From an uncultured archaeon (GTDB taxonomy: Archaea > Aenigmatarchaeota > Aenigmatarchaeia > CG10238-14 > SCSR01): DNA of 64,000 nt. The notes beneath the pieces are model-generated. The model was not told where the DNA came from. It saw only the letters and a program-made list of their open reading frames with translations, and did no database searches. The stretch covers positions 7,433-71,432 of the forward strand of contig CAZMWU010000001.1 of assembly GCA_964570195.1 (NCBI GenBank). Reading direction: 5' to 3'. A program made the position numbers and the translations under genes. This document shows positions 9,945 to 19,988 of this stretch, one piece after another (the first letter of the stretch is position 1; each line of letters begins with the position of its first letter).

Positions 9945-11078
9945 CTAAAATATTTTATTATCCAATTCATCTAATTTTGTTATTAACTCTTTCTTTAATT
10001 TCGTGAATATATTTATTTCCTTTCCAAATAAATTATTTTTCTCAGACGGGTCATTAAGGATATTATATAACTCATAAGTATTTTTATCTTTATTAAATAT
10101 AAGTTTCCAATCACCTTCTATAATACAAAAAATGTTATGTTCACTTTTTGATATTTTTTCTTTATTTATCCTTCCAGTTTCACAAAACACTTTTCTATTT
10201 TTATTTTCTGTACCAGATATAAAACTCATAAGGGATATACCATCTAACGGTTCATAGGAATCATCGATTTTTATATTCAATAAATCTAATACAGTGGGCA
10301 ATACATCTACACTTCTTACCATATATTTAATTTCTTCAGAATATGATTTAGGTAAACATATCACACAAAAAGTGTTGATAGTATAATTATATAGATAACA
10401 ACCATACATTTTCTCACCAAATTTCTCCCCATTACTAGTTCCATGGTCCGATAAAAGTATCACAATAGTATTATTTCTAAGATTTAATTCATTAATAGAA
10501 GAAAATACTGTTTTTATATAATTATCAGCCTCTTGTATGTATTGATTATATTCTTTTATGTTATCCTCAAATCTGTCGAAGTATTCCTTACTAAAATCAT
10601 TATATTTTTTCCCTATATGCTTACCAGTATTTCGATGAATATGTGCAGGTTGCAAATGTAGAAAAAACTTCCCCTTTTTTGCGACTTCTTCAATAAGTTT
10701 TATTGAACTTTTATCTATATCATCTTTATTTTCATCATAAACATGTATTTTATCAAAACCTTGATGAGGTATTATTGAATCATTGTAGATTTCTGCTGTC
10801 GTATAATACCCTTCATCATGTAAATACTCTGTAATTGTTTTACAAACATCTTTTTTAAATTTAAACATATTAAAGTAAGAATTTACCCCATTCTTCGATG
10901 GGTATATTCCAGAAAAAATAGCATGCATAGAAGCTATGGTATATGGTGTTGCAGTAATCATATTTGAGAAGAAATAATTATTCTTCGCAATAGAATAAAG
11001 GAAAGGACATAATTTTATTCTATCTCTCCTTAAACCATCAATAGTGATCAAAATAATATTGTAATCTACCGAACTCAT
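9945..11078 (-). CDS. Sulfatase-fold (alkaline phosphatase superfamily) enzyme. It lacks the canonical C/S-x-P-x-R formylglycine motif.
   Basis: Motifs ILITIDGLRRD and LLSDHGTSNGE; the corresponding site reads TATPYTIAS with no CxPxR. Confidence 0.55.
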   Translation of the reverse strand: MSSVDYNIILITIDGLRRDRIKLCPFLYSIAKNNYFFSNMITATPYTIASMHAIFSGIYPSKNGVNSYFNMFKFKKDVCKTITEYLHDEGYYTTAEIYNDSIIPHQGFDKIHVYDENKDDIDKSSIKLIEEVAKKGKFFLHLQPAHIHRNTGKHIGKKYNDFSKEYFDRFEDNIKEYNQYIQEADNYIKTVFSSINELNLRNNTIVILLSDHGTSNGEKFGEKMYGCYLYNYTINTFCVICLPKSYSEEIKYMVRSVDVLPTVLDLLNIKIDDSYEPLDGISLMSFISGTENKNRKVFCETGRINKEKISKSEHNIFCIIEGDWKLIFNKDKNTYELYNILNDPSEKNNLFGKEINIFTKLKKELITKLDELDNKIF

Positions 11079-11079
11079 T

Positions 11080-11733
11080 TTAACCCATTTTTTGTAATAT
11101 TAAAAATATTCTTTCTCTAGCATTAACAGGATAATCTGAAAATATCTTCTTTTCTTTTATTATTTTGAAATTCTTTTTTAGAATCTTATATTTTGAGTTC
11201 CATGTTCCTTCAAGTATATCTGATGCTTGACTTTCAAAGAACAGATACCCATCTTTCACCATCAATGAAGATATTTTTTTAATATAATCCATAAAAGATA
11301 ACTTAGACAAGCCATCTGCAACATCATCAGCCGCAAAAGAAAAAACTACTTCATATGTTTTTCTAGTTTCATATTTTTCAAATCCTATTGGATGAAAATC
11401 AACATTTTTTATTTTTAAATATGTTTTAACTTCATTACCTATAGCTACTAAAAAAGGATTTATTTCTATACCATCAATAGAATTGACATCTGGTGATAAT
11501 TTCAAGTCTATAAAACCACAGTTACATCCAATATCTAAAATGTTGTAATGTTTTTTCATATTCTTTTTTAATTCATATTCTTTAATTCTAGCTTCTGTAT
11601 TTCTTTGACCTTTAATTTTAAGTTCATCAAATGATTGATATAAATCGCCTAATCCGTAGATTAAATAATTCCATCCTTTTTTTTGTTGTTCTAAGTGGAA
11701 TTTTATTTTTTTAAGTAATTCTTCATTGTTCAT
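11080..11733 (-). CDS. Class I SAM-dependent methyltransferase.
   Basis: ILDIGCNCGFIDLK motif I. Confidence 0.5.
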   Translation of the reverse strand: MNNEELLKKIKFHLEQQKKGWNYLIYGLGDLYQSFDELKIKGQRNTEARIKEYELKKNMKKHYNILDIGCNCGFIDLKLSPDVNSIDGIEINPFLVAIGNEVKTYLKIKNVDFHPIGFEKYETRKTYEVVFSFAADDVADGLSKLSFMDYIKKISSLMVKDGYLFFESQASDILEGTWNSKYKILKKNFKIIKEKKIFSDYPVNARERIFLILQKMG

Positions 11734-11865
11734 TTTTCCACCCTCTAGAAGAGACTTTCCTTACATGAAATTTATATACATTTTCTTTAATGAAAATCTT
11801 AATCAAGGTATCCTAAACTTCGAAGCCTTTTCTTAACTTTATCTTCCTCTTCTAATAGGGACTCA

Positions 11866-12075
11866 TCATCCTTTGTATTTTCTACCATTACCACTCACCT
11901 CAAACCATGGTATTTCTCTTATTTCTTTTATTTTAATACCACTTTGATGTCGTATAAGTAAATATTCTCCATAACATTCTTCATGATCGCTTGTACTTAT
12001 AGTTTTCCCTTTCAAAATTGGCAATAGTTCTTTAACATAGTCCAATACTAATACAAGGTTTCTCTCATAAAACAT
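11866..12075 (-). CDS. Small hypothetical protein (69 aa).
   Basis: ORF only; no recognisable motif. Confidence 0.2.
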   Translation of the reverse strand: MFYERNLVLVLDYVKELLPILKGKTISTSDHEECYGEYLLIRHQSGIKIKEIREIPWFEVSGNGRKYKG

Positions 12076-12182
12076 TTCAGATGCACGCTTATAAATAATT
12101 ATACAAAAAGTTTAAACACCTTTCTCAATACTAACGTTAATACATCTAGGAGATAGTTTTTACTTTCTAATTCTAGCAATCA

Positions 12183-12716
12183 TTAATCTAATTTAATAGC
12201 TTCTAGTCTTACACGTCTGTAAGACATTCTTCTATTTAATACTCTAAATAATAAATTACTGAAAAATCTTATCACATCTTTAATAGTGTTCATACTAATG
12301 GGTTCTTTATAATATGTTAAATTGCATTTTTTGAAACCGGCCGATTCTGCAAGATTTCTCAAATGAGGAAGTTCAAATAACATATAATGTTTATCTTCAA
12401 CACCCTTTTTTATAACATCATATTTTAATGCATGCTCTTTCAGAAAAGTCCATGCCCAATAGTGTGCGTTATCTGTGATTGAACTTAAATGGCCTCCATT
12501 TTTCAATACCCTATGCATTTCTTTTAATGCGAATCCAGGATTAGTTAAATGCTCTAACAAATTTTTTGAATAAACAACATCGAAATAATTACTTCTAAAT
12601 GGCAGTTTTTCTGCATCTATATTGCATTTTACAACTTCTTTTCGTGAAGGGTATAAATCAACAAAATGTGTTCCATAAGTATCATCTCCACAGCCAACAT
12701 TAAGAATTCTAGCCAT
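12183..12716 (-). CDS. Class I SAM-dependent methyltransferase (type 11-like).
   Basis: ILNVGCGDDTYG motif I and LKNGGHL motif. Confidence 0.6.
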   Translation of the reverse strand: MARILNVGCGDDTYGTHFVDLYPSRKEVVKCNIDAEKLPFRSNYFDVVYSKNLLEHLTNPGFALKEMHRVLKNGGHLSSITDNAHYWAWTFLKEHALKYDVIKKGVEDKHYMLFELPHLRNLAESAGFKKCNLTYYKEPISMNTIKDVIRFFSNLLFRVLNRRMSYRRVRLEAIKLD

Positions 12717-12805
12717 AACATATTTAACAGACTCTTTTAAATTAATAGATATTTCTTAAACTTGTAGAAACGACAAAATATAAAGCATTTAACTGTTTCA
12801 TATAA

Positions 12806-13957
12806 ATGAAATTCATGAAAATAGTTCATATAACTAAAGGGTATCCACCTAGTGTAGGTGGAATAGAGCAATATACTTATGATATAGCAAACGCTTTAAA
12901 TAATGACAACGATGTTTTTATTTTGGATACTAATTCGAATTTATTCTCTATCGAGAAAGTCAATAAAATTAAAGTAATTAGAACCAAGAAGTTTTTCGAT
13001 TTTTTACATGCGCCTATTAATTTACCATTCTTTCATATACTTAACCAAATACGACCTGACATTATTCACATTCATATACCAAATCCTTTAAATGAGTTTT
13101 ATTTATTAATATACCTTTTACTTAAGGGGAAGAAGACAGTTATAGCGACTTATCATGCAGATATACCCGATTATACTTTTTTACATAAGCTTCTCTCATT
13201 TTTACGATTATTTTACATGATTCCACTTATGAAGTTTTTTGATACTATAATTGCAACTAGTAAAAATTATACTGAAGTCTCTACTCTTTTGAAAAAATTC
13301 AAAGAGAAAACCAAGGTTATACCAATCGGATCAGATACTAATCTAAAAACAGTCTCCACCAATAAATTAAAAATGAAATATAAAATTAAAAATGAAAAAA
13401 TCGTTCTTTTTGTAGGAAGATTCTCTACTTATAAAGGTCTAGAATATCTGGTCTACTCAATTCCAAAAGTAATAAAATCATATCAAAATGTAAAATTTAT
13501 TTTGAGCGGGGATGGTGAAAGATTAGGTGAATTGAAACAACTGGCTGAGAAATTACACATCGAGGATAAAATTATTTTCACAGGTAAAGTAGATTATAAG
13601 ATAAGAAATACCTTTTATAAGATTTGTAATATGTTTGTTTTACCCAGCATTAACTTAGGAGAAGCCTTTGGAATTTCTTTGTTGGAAGCAATGAACTTCG
13701 GTAAACCGTTAATAACCACTAACGTAAAGGGAAGTGGCATGAATTCAATAAATAAACAATTTATTACCGGTTTAGTTGTTGAACCTAGGAATTCAACACA
13801 GTTAGCGTCTTCGATAGTCAAACTTCTGAAGGATGATAAGCTTTGCATAAAACTAGGAAATAATTCTAAAAAAAGATTTTTGAGTTATTTTACCAAAGAT
13901 AAAATGATAACAACAACTTTAAAATTATACAAGTCTATGGTCAAACAGAGTAAATAA
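12806..13957 (+). CDS. GT4-family (GT-B fold) glycosyltransferase.
   Basis: C-terminal EAFGISLLEAM motif (the E-x7-E region). Confidence 0.75.
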   Translation: MKFMKIVHITKGYPPSVGGIEQYTYDIANALNNDNDVFILDTNSNLFSIEKVNKIKVIRTKKFFDFLHAPINLPFFHILNQIRPDIIHIHIPNPLNEFYLLIYLLLKGKKTVIATYHADIPDYTFLHKLLSFLRLFYMIPLMKFFDTIIATSKNYTEVSTLLKKFKEKTKVIPIGSDTNLKTVSTNKLKMKYKIKNEKIVLFVGRFSTYKGLEYLVYSIPKVIKSYQNVKFILSGDGERLGELKQLAEKLHIEDKIIFTGKVDYKIRNTFYKICNMFVLPSINLGEAFGISLLEAMNFGKPLITTNVKGSGMNSINKQFITGLVVEPRNSTQLASSIVKLLKDDKLCIKLGNNSKKRFLSYFTKDKMITTTLKLYKSMVKQSK

Positions 13958-13961
13958 AATT

Positions 13962-15593
13962 CTAATTATTTGTAGTGTTTTGTATTACTTTAAATATTGA
14001 GATTTCTCTTACTTCTTCACCATTTCTGTAAGAAAAAACATGTTGTTCGAATGTTTTTATCGGTTCTAAGTATAGTATTGAGTTATTCAATATATATACA
14101 TACTCAGCCCTGTCGACAATATAAGCAATGTTTTTACTTAGAATATAATTCTCAATGTTATGAACTTTTCTCGCTTCTAGAGCTTCAGGATTCATAACAC
14201 CATCAAGATTTATAATGTCATGATTTGGTGTGTAATATTGATAAACGCCTGTGTTGAATGCACCTATAATTACATCAGACGGAATATTATCAGTTATGAA
14301 GTTTGCAGCTTCCCATTTCAGTTTTTCTTCTGGACCGTTACCTCTATTATAATGTACTACACCACCGTTAACAAAAGCTACCACCATACCACCAATTAAA
14401 ACAAAGGTCAACAGACTTCCAATATTCGCAGGTTTTACTATTTGACCTAATCTAATAATCATTATAGATACAATAATTGTCATCAGAAAACTTGTGTAAA
14501 GTGAATACCAATCTCTTAAAGCAAATTGATAAAACCAGTAAAATGAAAAGTAAGCAATAGTAGATATAATTAAGAAATTCAGCCTATTTAACAGTTTAGG
14601 TAAAAACTTATCTCTTTTCACAAGAAGTAGAACTGCTGGAATTACCAATGCTAAAAATACTATTATTATGCCTTGCATGGTAGTATGTGCACTTCGCAAG
14701 AAAAATCTCGCTACAAATCCCATTGTCTGATAAATCGGTGGTTTAATGAGGTCCAAATAAGGTTTCTCGGTCAATGTATGACCAGCCACAGCATTTAGAT
14801 GCACAGCTTCACCACTTATAGGTATAATTCTGCCTAACTCAATAAAATTCCATAATAACCACGGCAAAGCAACTAGAGAAGCTGTAATAATTATAGCTAT
14901 TAAATCAGGTTGTCTTGCTAAATTAACTAAATTATTTATTTTAAAATTTTTATTAGAGAGTTTTCTTAAAATAATAGCCACAACTACACCAAATCCGACA
15001 AAAACACCGTCCAGTCTGCTTAAAAAAACAAACCCGAGTAGTAATCCAATTAAAATAGCCTGTTTAATAGAAAAGTTAGTTATTTTTTCTTTCGCCAACA
15101 AGTAGTAAGTTAGTAAAGATAAAAAAAATATCTGAAGAGCCACTTCTAATCCTATAAACGATACAAAAAAAACTTGAGGGTTAAAAAGCCAAATAAATGC
15201 TGCTAAGAGACCTGCCTTTTTATTATAGAGTTTACTTACAATTGAATATAAAATTATAGATGTGGATACAGTTAAAAAAGCTATTACAACCAGAGAGATG
15301 TAAATGGGTATGTTAATTCCAAATCCATAAAATATCTTAAAAATCGGTATTAGTATAGCAAGATTATAGAGTGGGTGAAACCCATTTGTTGGTATGTTTT
15401 CATTGAAAACTATACCTTTACCATCTATTATATTTTGTGTTATTGAATAGGCATAATAAGTATCGTCAAGTAGAAATTTGCTTAAAAGAATGTCTATAGG
15501 TTGAAAAACCATTAATAACATAAACGTTAGAGCCAATACAGTAAACGTAATCAATATCCTTTCGTATAAACCAATTCTCAAATGTAATATCAT
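13962..15593 (-). CDS. Polytopic integral membrane protein, possibly a GT-C-fold glycosyltransferase or oligosaccharide polymerase.
   Basis: At least 10 predicted TM helices followed by a C-terminal soluble domain; glycosylation-island context. Confidence 0.35.
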   Translation of the reverse strand: MILHLRIGLYERILITFTVLALTFMLLMVFQPIDILLSKFLLDDTYYAYSITQNIIDGKGIVFNENIPTNGFHPLYNLAILIPIFKIFYGFGINIPIYISLVVIAFLTVSTSIILYSIVSKLYNKKAGLLAAFIWLFNPQVFFVSFIGLEVALQIFFLSLLTYYLLAKEKITNFSIKQAILIGLLLGFVFLSRLDGVFVGFGVVVAIILRKLSNKNFKINNLVNLARQPDLIAIIITASLVALPWLLWNFIELGRIIPISGEAVHLNAVAGHTLTEKPYLDLIKPPIYQTMGFVARFFLRSAHTTMQGIIIVFLALVIPAVLLLVKRDKFLPKLLNRLNFLIISTIAYFSFYWFYQFALRDWYSLYTSFLMTIIVSIMIIRLGQIVKPANIGSLLTFVLIGGMVVAFVNGGVVHYNRGNGPEEKLKWEAANFITDNIPSDVIIGAFNTGVYQYYTPNHDIINLDGVMNPEALEARKVHNIENYILSKNIAYIVDRAEYVYILNNSILYLEPIKTFEQHVFSYRNGEEVREISIFKVIQNTTNN

Positions 15594-15657
15594 CTAGATC
15601 CCATGAGAATAGTATGAAAATAGATATAAATTAGTCTTCTATATTAATCTAACCAAA

Positions 15658-16593
15658 ATGTCAATTTTTAAAACTAGAAACATTTTTATTCTTTTTGTCT
15701 TATCAATTATTGCCTTTTCCATAATGGTGTTTATCGGAGATTATAATGAAATTATCAAACAATTATCTAAAGTCAACATAGTTGTTTTGTTTATCATGAT
15801 TCTATTGACATTCGGTAATCAACTATTAAGATTTTTAAAATGGCAACTATTTTTAAACGTATTAGCTATACGTGTAAACTTCATTCAATCTTTTATGATC
15901 TTTCTTTCTGGATTTTCTATGGGATTAACACCAGGAAAAATAGGTGAAACGGTAAAATCATATTTATTATATAAAAAATATAATACAGATATCAGCAGAT
16001 CGGTTCCAATAATTTTGGTAGAAAGATTAACTGATTTAATTGGATTAATTATTTTATCTTTATTGGGGTTTTATTTCTTATTCTCGTCATTCTATTATAT
16101 CGTATTTATAATGCTTATTTTAATTGGAGCAATTTTATTAACCACTAATAAAAATGTCTTCAATAAATTAGAAAATGTATTATCTAGAATAAATTTAATT
16201 AAAAAATACTTAAGTAGTATCAAAATATTTCATAATAGCCTCAAAACATTATTGTCACCTAAAAGTATGGTACTATCAATTGCTTTATCTATAGTTTCAT
16301 GGAGCTTAGAAGGAGTTGCACTGTATTTCTTAATAAGTAGTTTAGGTATTGATGTTAATATTCTGTCAATAGTTTCTGTATATTCATTTTCCAGTATAGT
16401 TGGAGCCTTGGCAATTATACCTGGAGGCATTGGGGTTACCGAGGGCAGTTTGCTTTCATTATTACTGTTATTAAACATTCCTCTAAGTATAGCAAGTTTA
16501 TCTACTATAATAATACGATTAACAACATTATGGTTTGGCATAACCATAGGTATGAGTAGTTTATTCATTGCCTTTCGAAAGCAGCTTAAATAG
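15658..16593 (+). CDS. Flippase-like (lysyl-phosphatidylglycerol-synthase TM-region-like) membrane protein.
   Basis: 311 aa, about 8 TM helices; the family is commonly adjacent to GT2 dolichol-phosphate glycosyltransferases. Confidence 0.4.
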   Translation: MSIFKTRNIFILFVLSIIAFSIMVFIGDYNEIIKQLSKVNIVVLFIMILLTFGNQLLRFLKWQLFLNVLAIRVNFIQSFMIFLSGFSMGLTPGKIGETVKSYLLYKKYNTDISRSVPIILVERLTDLIGLIILSLLGFYFLFSSFYYIVFIMLILIGAILLTTNKNVFNKLENVLSRINLIKKYLSSIKIFHNSLKTLLSPKSMVLSIALSIVSWSLEGVALYFLISSLGIDVNILSIVSVYSFSSIVGALAIIPGGIGVTEGSLLSLLLLLNIPLSIASLSTIIIRLTTLWFGITIGMSSLFIAFRKQLK

Positions 16594-16599
16594 CATACA

Positions 16600-17295
16600 T
16601 TAATTTAATATATCCTTCTTTGACATCACGAACACATGGAATGCAGTTTTACAATACAGAAAATTTCTTAAGAATGTATTTGAAGAATACCCTTCTTGCC
16701 GTTTTCTCCATAAACCATCAACCTCTTTTATACTACACCCTAACCTTATTGGTTTTAGAATAGTTTCTAATAAGAATGGATGTTTTAATTCTTCCCAATT
16801 TATCTTTTTTATTAAACTGCTTCTAAATATTCTATATCCGTATGTCAAATCTGTTAGATTTATTTTATACATCTTTTGCAACATGATTTGAAAAATCTTA
16901 TTCAGTAACAATTTAAATATCCCATATCCTTTAAAACTATTTTTTCTGCGCCATCTACTTACAGTAACAATATCGTAGTCTTTTATGTATTTTATCATTT
17001 TTGGTAAAATTTTTGGGTCAGTTTCCAAATCACTAGCCATTAATACAGTATATTTTTGTGAACTCTTTTCAAAGCCGTTCCTTATCGCACCACCAAGAAA
17101 TGGTAGAGTCTGTGCAATAATCTTTATTTTGCTATTTACAGCAAGTTCATTAGAAATTATTTTACTTTCCTTAGTCGTTTTTTCTTTATCTATTATTATA
17201 AGTATTTCTTTGATTTCTTTGATTTTAAGTAAATAGTCAACAGTTTTAATTAGAGAATTAGTTTCATTGATAACTGGTAATAATACTGATAGCAT
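16600..17295 (-). CDS. GT2-family glycosyltransferase (dolichyl-phosphate sugar synthase-like).
   Basis: N-terminal SVLLPVINE and MASDLETDP (DxD-like) motifs; 231 aa. Confidence 0.7.
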   Translation of the reverse strand: MLSVLLPVINETNSLIKTVDYLLKIKEIKEILIIIDKEKTTKESKIISNELAVNSKIKIIAQTLPFLGGAIRNGFEKSSQKYTVLMASDLETDPKILPKMIKYIKDYDIVTVSRWRRKNSFKGYGIFKLLLNKIFQIMLQKMYKINLTDLTYGYRIFRSSLIKKINWEELKHPFLLETILKPIRLGCSIKEVDGLWRKRQEGYSSNTFLRNFLYCKTAFHVFVMSKKDILN

Positions 17296-17302
17296 TTCAA
17301 TC

Positions 17303-18355
17303 TCACTTTTTAATTGACTCTAACCATATATTATAACCTTCTTTGACATCTTTGAAGTTATCTGACAACTTATTTATTAGTTCCATAGTGCAATCAAAAT
17401 AGTTATTTCCAGTAAGTTCAATGTTTCGCAGCTCACTTATAAAAGCTGGTGTTCTTTCCATCCCATCAATCTCATCTTTCAAGTCTTTAATGGTGTCATG
17501 CGGATTTCTTTGTTGCACTACAATAGGATAACCGTATGATACGGAATGTCCAAGATGGTCAGCAATTTTTTTTACAATAAAACTTGCCCATATATCATCG
17601 TATCTTTTTTGACTAGGATTGAGGAAAAATGCTGGTATGGCTTCTCTAGCAATGGCAGTATTTTGTGTATTAAATGGACACCATGTACTTTCCGATAAGG
17701 CAAATTTTTTGCCAAACGATTCTTTAAATTTCGTAACATTAAGTTCACCAAAATTTAACCATGAAATTGCATCCGTGTCAGGAGACTTTGTCCACAAACC
17801 AGCATTTACTATTATTTTTGATTGTTTCGTTGATATATTTACATTAGTCGATTTACGTTGGTTAATAGGGTATCCTCTATGAAAAAAATGTCTATTTTTT
17901 TCTTCCTCCAAAGTTTCACAAACATTATACCATCCATGATCAGTAGAGATGTGTTTTAATTCAACTATATTTCCTACTATTGAATGGTGTTTTAAATAAT
18001 CTTCTTCCCCAACTAGATTATCATCGTCGATTGTGATTATTATATCCGAATTTAGATTATAAGCAAATAATACTGCAAAATTTCTTCTTTGAATGCAATT
18101 AAATGGTATATAGTTATAAAGTTCTGTGTTGATTTTTTCTTGCTCAACCAAATCTAAATAAAATGTTTTATAACTATATGTAGATTCTAGGGTTTTACAA
18201 AAATCGATTATTTCAACAGGAGTTTTCTTATCACCTGCTATAACAAAAATTACATCGTTCCAACCAAATTTTTTAAAATTCGATGCATATTCATTTAACA
18301 AATAAGGTATGTTTATAGTAGTAGTTATCACTGCTATTTTCATAATTTTTGCCAA
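17303..18355 (-). CDS. Hypothetical nucleotide-sugar-dependent glycosyltransferase-like protein.
   Basis: N-terminal Rossmann-like IAVITTTINIP and an IIITIDDDN acidic motif; assigned by context only. Confidence 0.3.
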   Translation of the reverse strand: MAKIMKIAVITTTINIPYLLNEYASNFKKFGWNDVIFVIAGDKKTPVEIIDFCKTLESTYSYKTFYLDLVEQEKINTELYNYIPFNCIQRRNFAVLFAYNLNSDIIITIDDDNLVGEEDYLKHHSIVGNIVELKHISTDHGWYNVCETLEEEKNRHFFHRGYPINQRKSTNVNISTKQSKIIVNAGLWTKSPDTDAISWLNFGELNVTKFKESFGKKFALSESTWCPFNTQNTAIAREAIPAFFLNPSQKRYDDIWASFIVKKIADHLGHSVSYGYPIVVQQRNPHDTIKDLKDEIDGMERTPAFISELRNIELTGNNYFDCTMELINKLSDNFKDVKEGYNIWLESIKK

Positions 18356-18446
18356 CGTTCACTATCAAGACCTTATTTATTTAACTTTATAAATTTATTT
18401 TAATACTTTCTTAAGACAGATTTGATAATGTTTTTAATATAGCATT

Positions 18447-19985
18447 GTGAGTAATTTGGTAAATAACAAGCATCCGATAAGAACAAAGCTAATTTCCAAT
18501 ACAATTTTTATCGCTCTTGAATGGATTTTTACAACTGTCTTTTCATTCCTTTACTGGTTTATAATTGGAAAGTCACTATTTCCAGATGATTTAGGTAAAA
18601 TTACCATTTTTATTAATTTAACAGTAATGATTTCGGCGTTTTTACCACTAGGTACAGGATACGCTCTTAATAAACTTATACCAGAATACATCGGACGAAA
18701 TCAATTAGGTAAGATAACATCTGCTATTAGGTTTACGTTAAAATTAATTATGATTACCACTTTAATCACAGCAGCTATTATAATAGCATCATCCAACGTA
18801 ATTTCGAATATTTTAAAAATACCACAATTTTTGGTTTTTCTATTACCTATAAGTTTATTTTTCTATGCTATTTTCAACCACCAGTCAAATATAATGCTAG
18901 GATTTCAAGATACTAAAAAATTAGCTATAACATCTACGATTGGAATTATGTTAAAAGTTTTAATTACTACCGTTTTGATTTTTTTCAACATTAAATTTTT
19001 AGGTCCAATAATAGGTTTTATAGTATCTTCTTTCTTTATGTTTTTAACTCGAATTAATTACCTATTTTATAATAAAAACCCCATCAGAATTAACGGCAAA
19101 AATATTTTAATAACTTTTGGACTATCTGCACTTTCATTGAAAATAGCTTTTCTTTTACTAAATAGTAGTCCAGCATTAATTTTAGCTTTGTTTCATAGTC
19201 CAGAGGTAGTTGGTATATTTGGTGTAGCAATGTTACTATCAAGTCAACTTAGTATAATACCATTAATATTTTCTTCTGCGTTGTTTCCAATAACATCATT
19301 GCTCTCTATAAAGAGAAACAACAAAAAACAACAAACATATCTTATAAATCTAATACTTAGATATTCACTTCTTGTTTCAATACCAATTCTCACTTTTATT
19401 ATACTATTCTCTGGAAAATTGATTGTATTTATTTCTCAAGTTTCGTATTTACCTGGTAAACCATTAATTCCAATTTTGGCTTTTGGTTCTTTGTTACTCG
19501 GCACATCTTTTATATTTATAAGAAGTCTCTATGCCATAGGTAAGCCCGAAATCCAGCAAAATTTGATGATATTCACATCGCTCGTCTATATAATTCTTTC
19601 CTTCCCTTTAACTTATTTATTTTCTGCTTTAGGGATTTCAATCGCTTATTTCATCTCTTCCTTAATTTTATTTGGTGCAGGTTTTATCTATCTACGAAAG
19701 ATTCTAAGATTTAGCATACCTTTTAAAAATACAATAAAACTTATTTTCGCCAACATTATTTCGTTAGGTGTTTTATTCATTTTATCAAAATTTGCACCAA
19801 ACATTACTATTGGATTCCTTTACACGATTCTAACTGGTGTATTTTATTTATTTCTATTATTATTTCTTCGATTTTATACTAAAGATGACATAATTTTGGC
19901 GAGAGGTTTGATTAAATATATCCCTTTCGGGAAAAAAGTAATAACAAATATCATAAATTCACTTTCTAAATTTATTGAGAAATAG
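18447..19985 (+). CDS. Wzx-like oligosaccharide flippase (MOP superfamily). GTG start.
   Basis: 512 aa with about 12-14 TM helices; position between a GT gene and the AglH-like gene. Confidence 0.6.
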   Translation: MSNLVNNKHPIRTKLISNTIFIALEWIFTTVFSFLYWFIIGKSLFPDDLGKITIFINLTVMISAFLPLGTGYALNKLIPEYIGRNQLGKITSAIRFTLKLIMITTLITAAIIIASSNVISNILKIPQFLVFLLPISLFFYAIFNHQSNIMLGFQDTKKLAITSTIGIMLKVLITTVLIFFNIKFLGPIIGFIVSSFFMFLTRINYLFYNKNPIRINGKNILITFGLSALSLKIAFLLLNSSPALILALFHSPEVVGIFGVAMLLSSQLSIIPLIFSSALFPITSLLSIKRNNKKQQTYLINLILRYSLLVSIPILTFIILFSGKLIVFISQVSYLPGKPLIPILAFGSLLLGTSFIFIRSLYAIGKPEIQQNLMIFTSLVYIILSFPLTYLFSALGISIAYFISSLILFGAGFIYLRKILRFSIPFKNTIKLIFANIISLGVLFILSKFAPNITIGFLYTILTGVFYLFLLLFLRFYTKDDIILARGLIKYIPFGKKVITNIINSLSKFIEK

Positions 19986-19988
19986 TTC

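Noticed and set aside
9945-11078. Classical arylsulfatase.
   Set aside because: The sulfatase fold is evident, but the C/S-x-P-x-R formylglycine motif is not present at the expected position. It is called only as an alkaline-phosphatase-superfamily enzyme.
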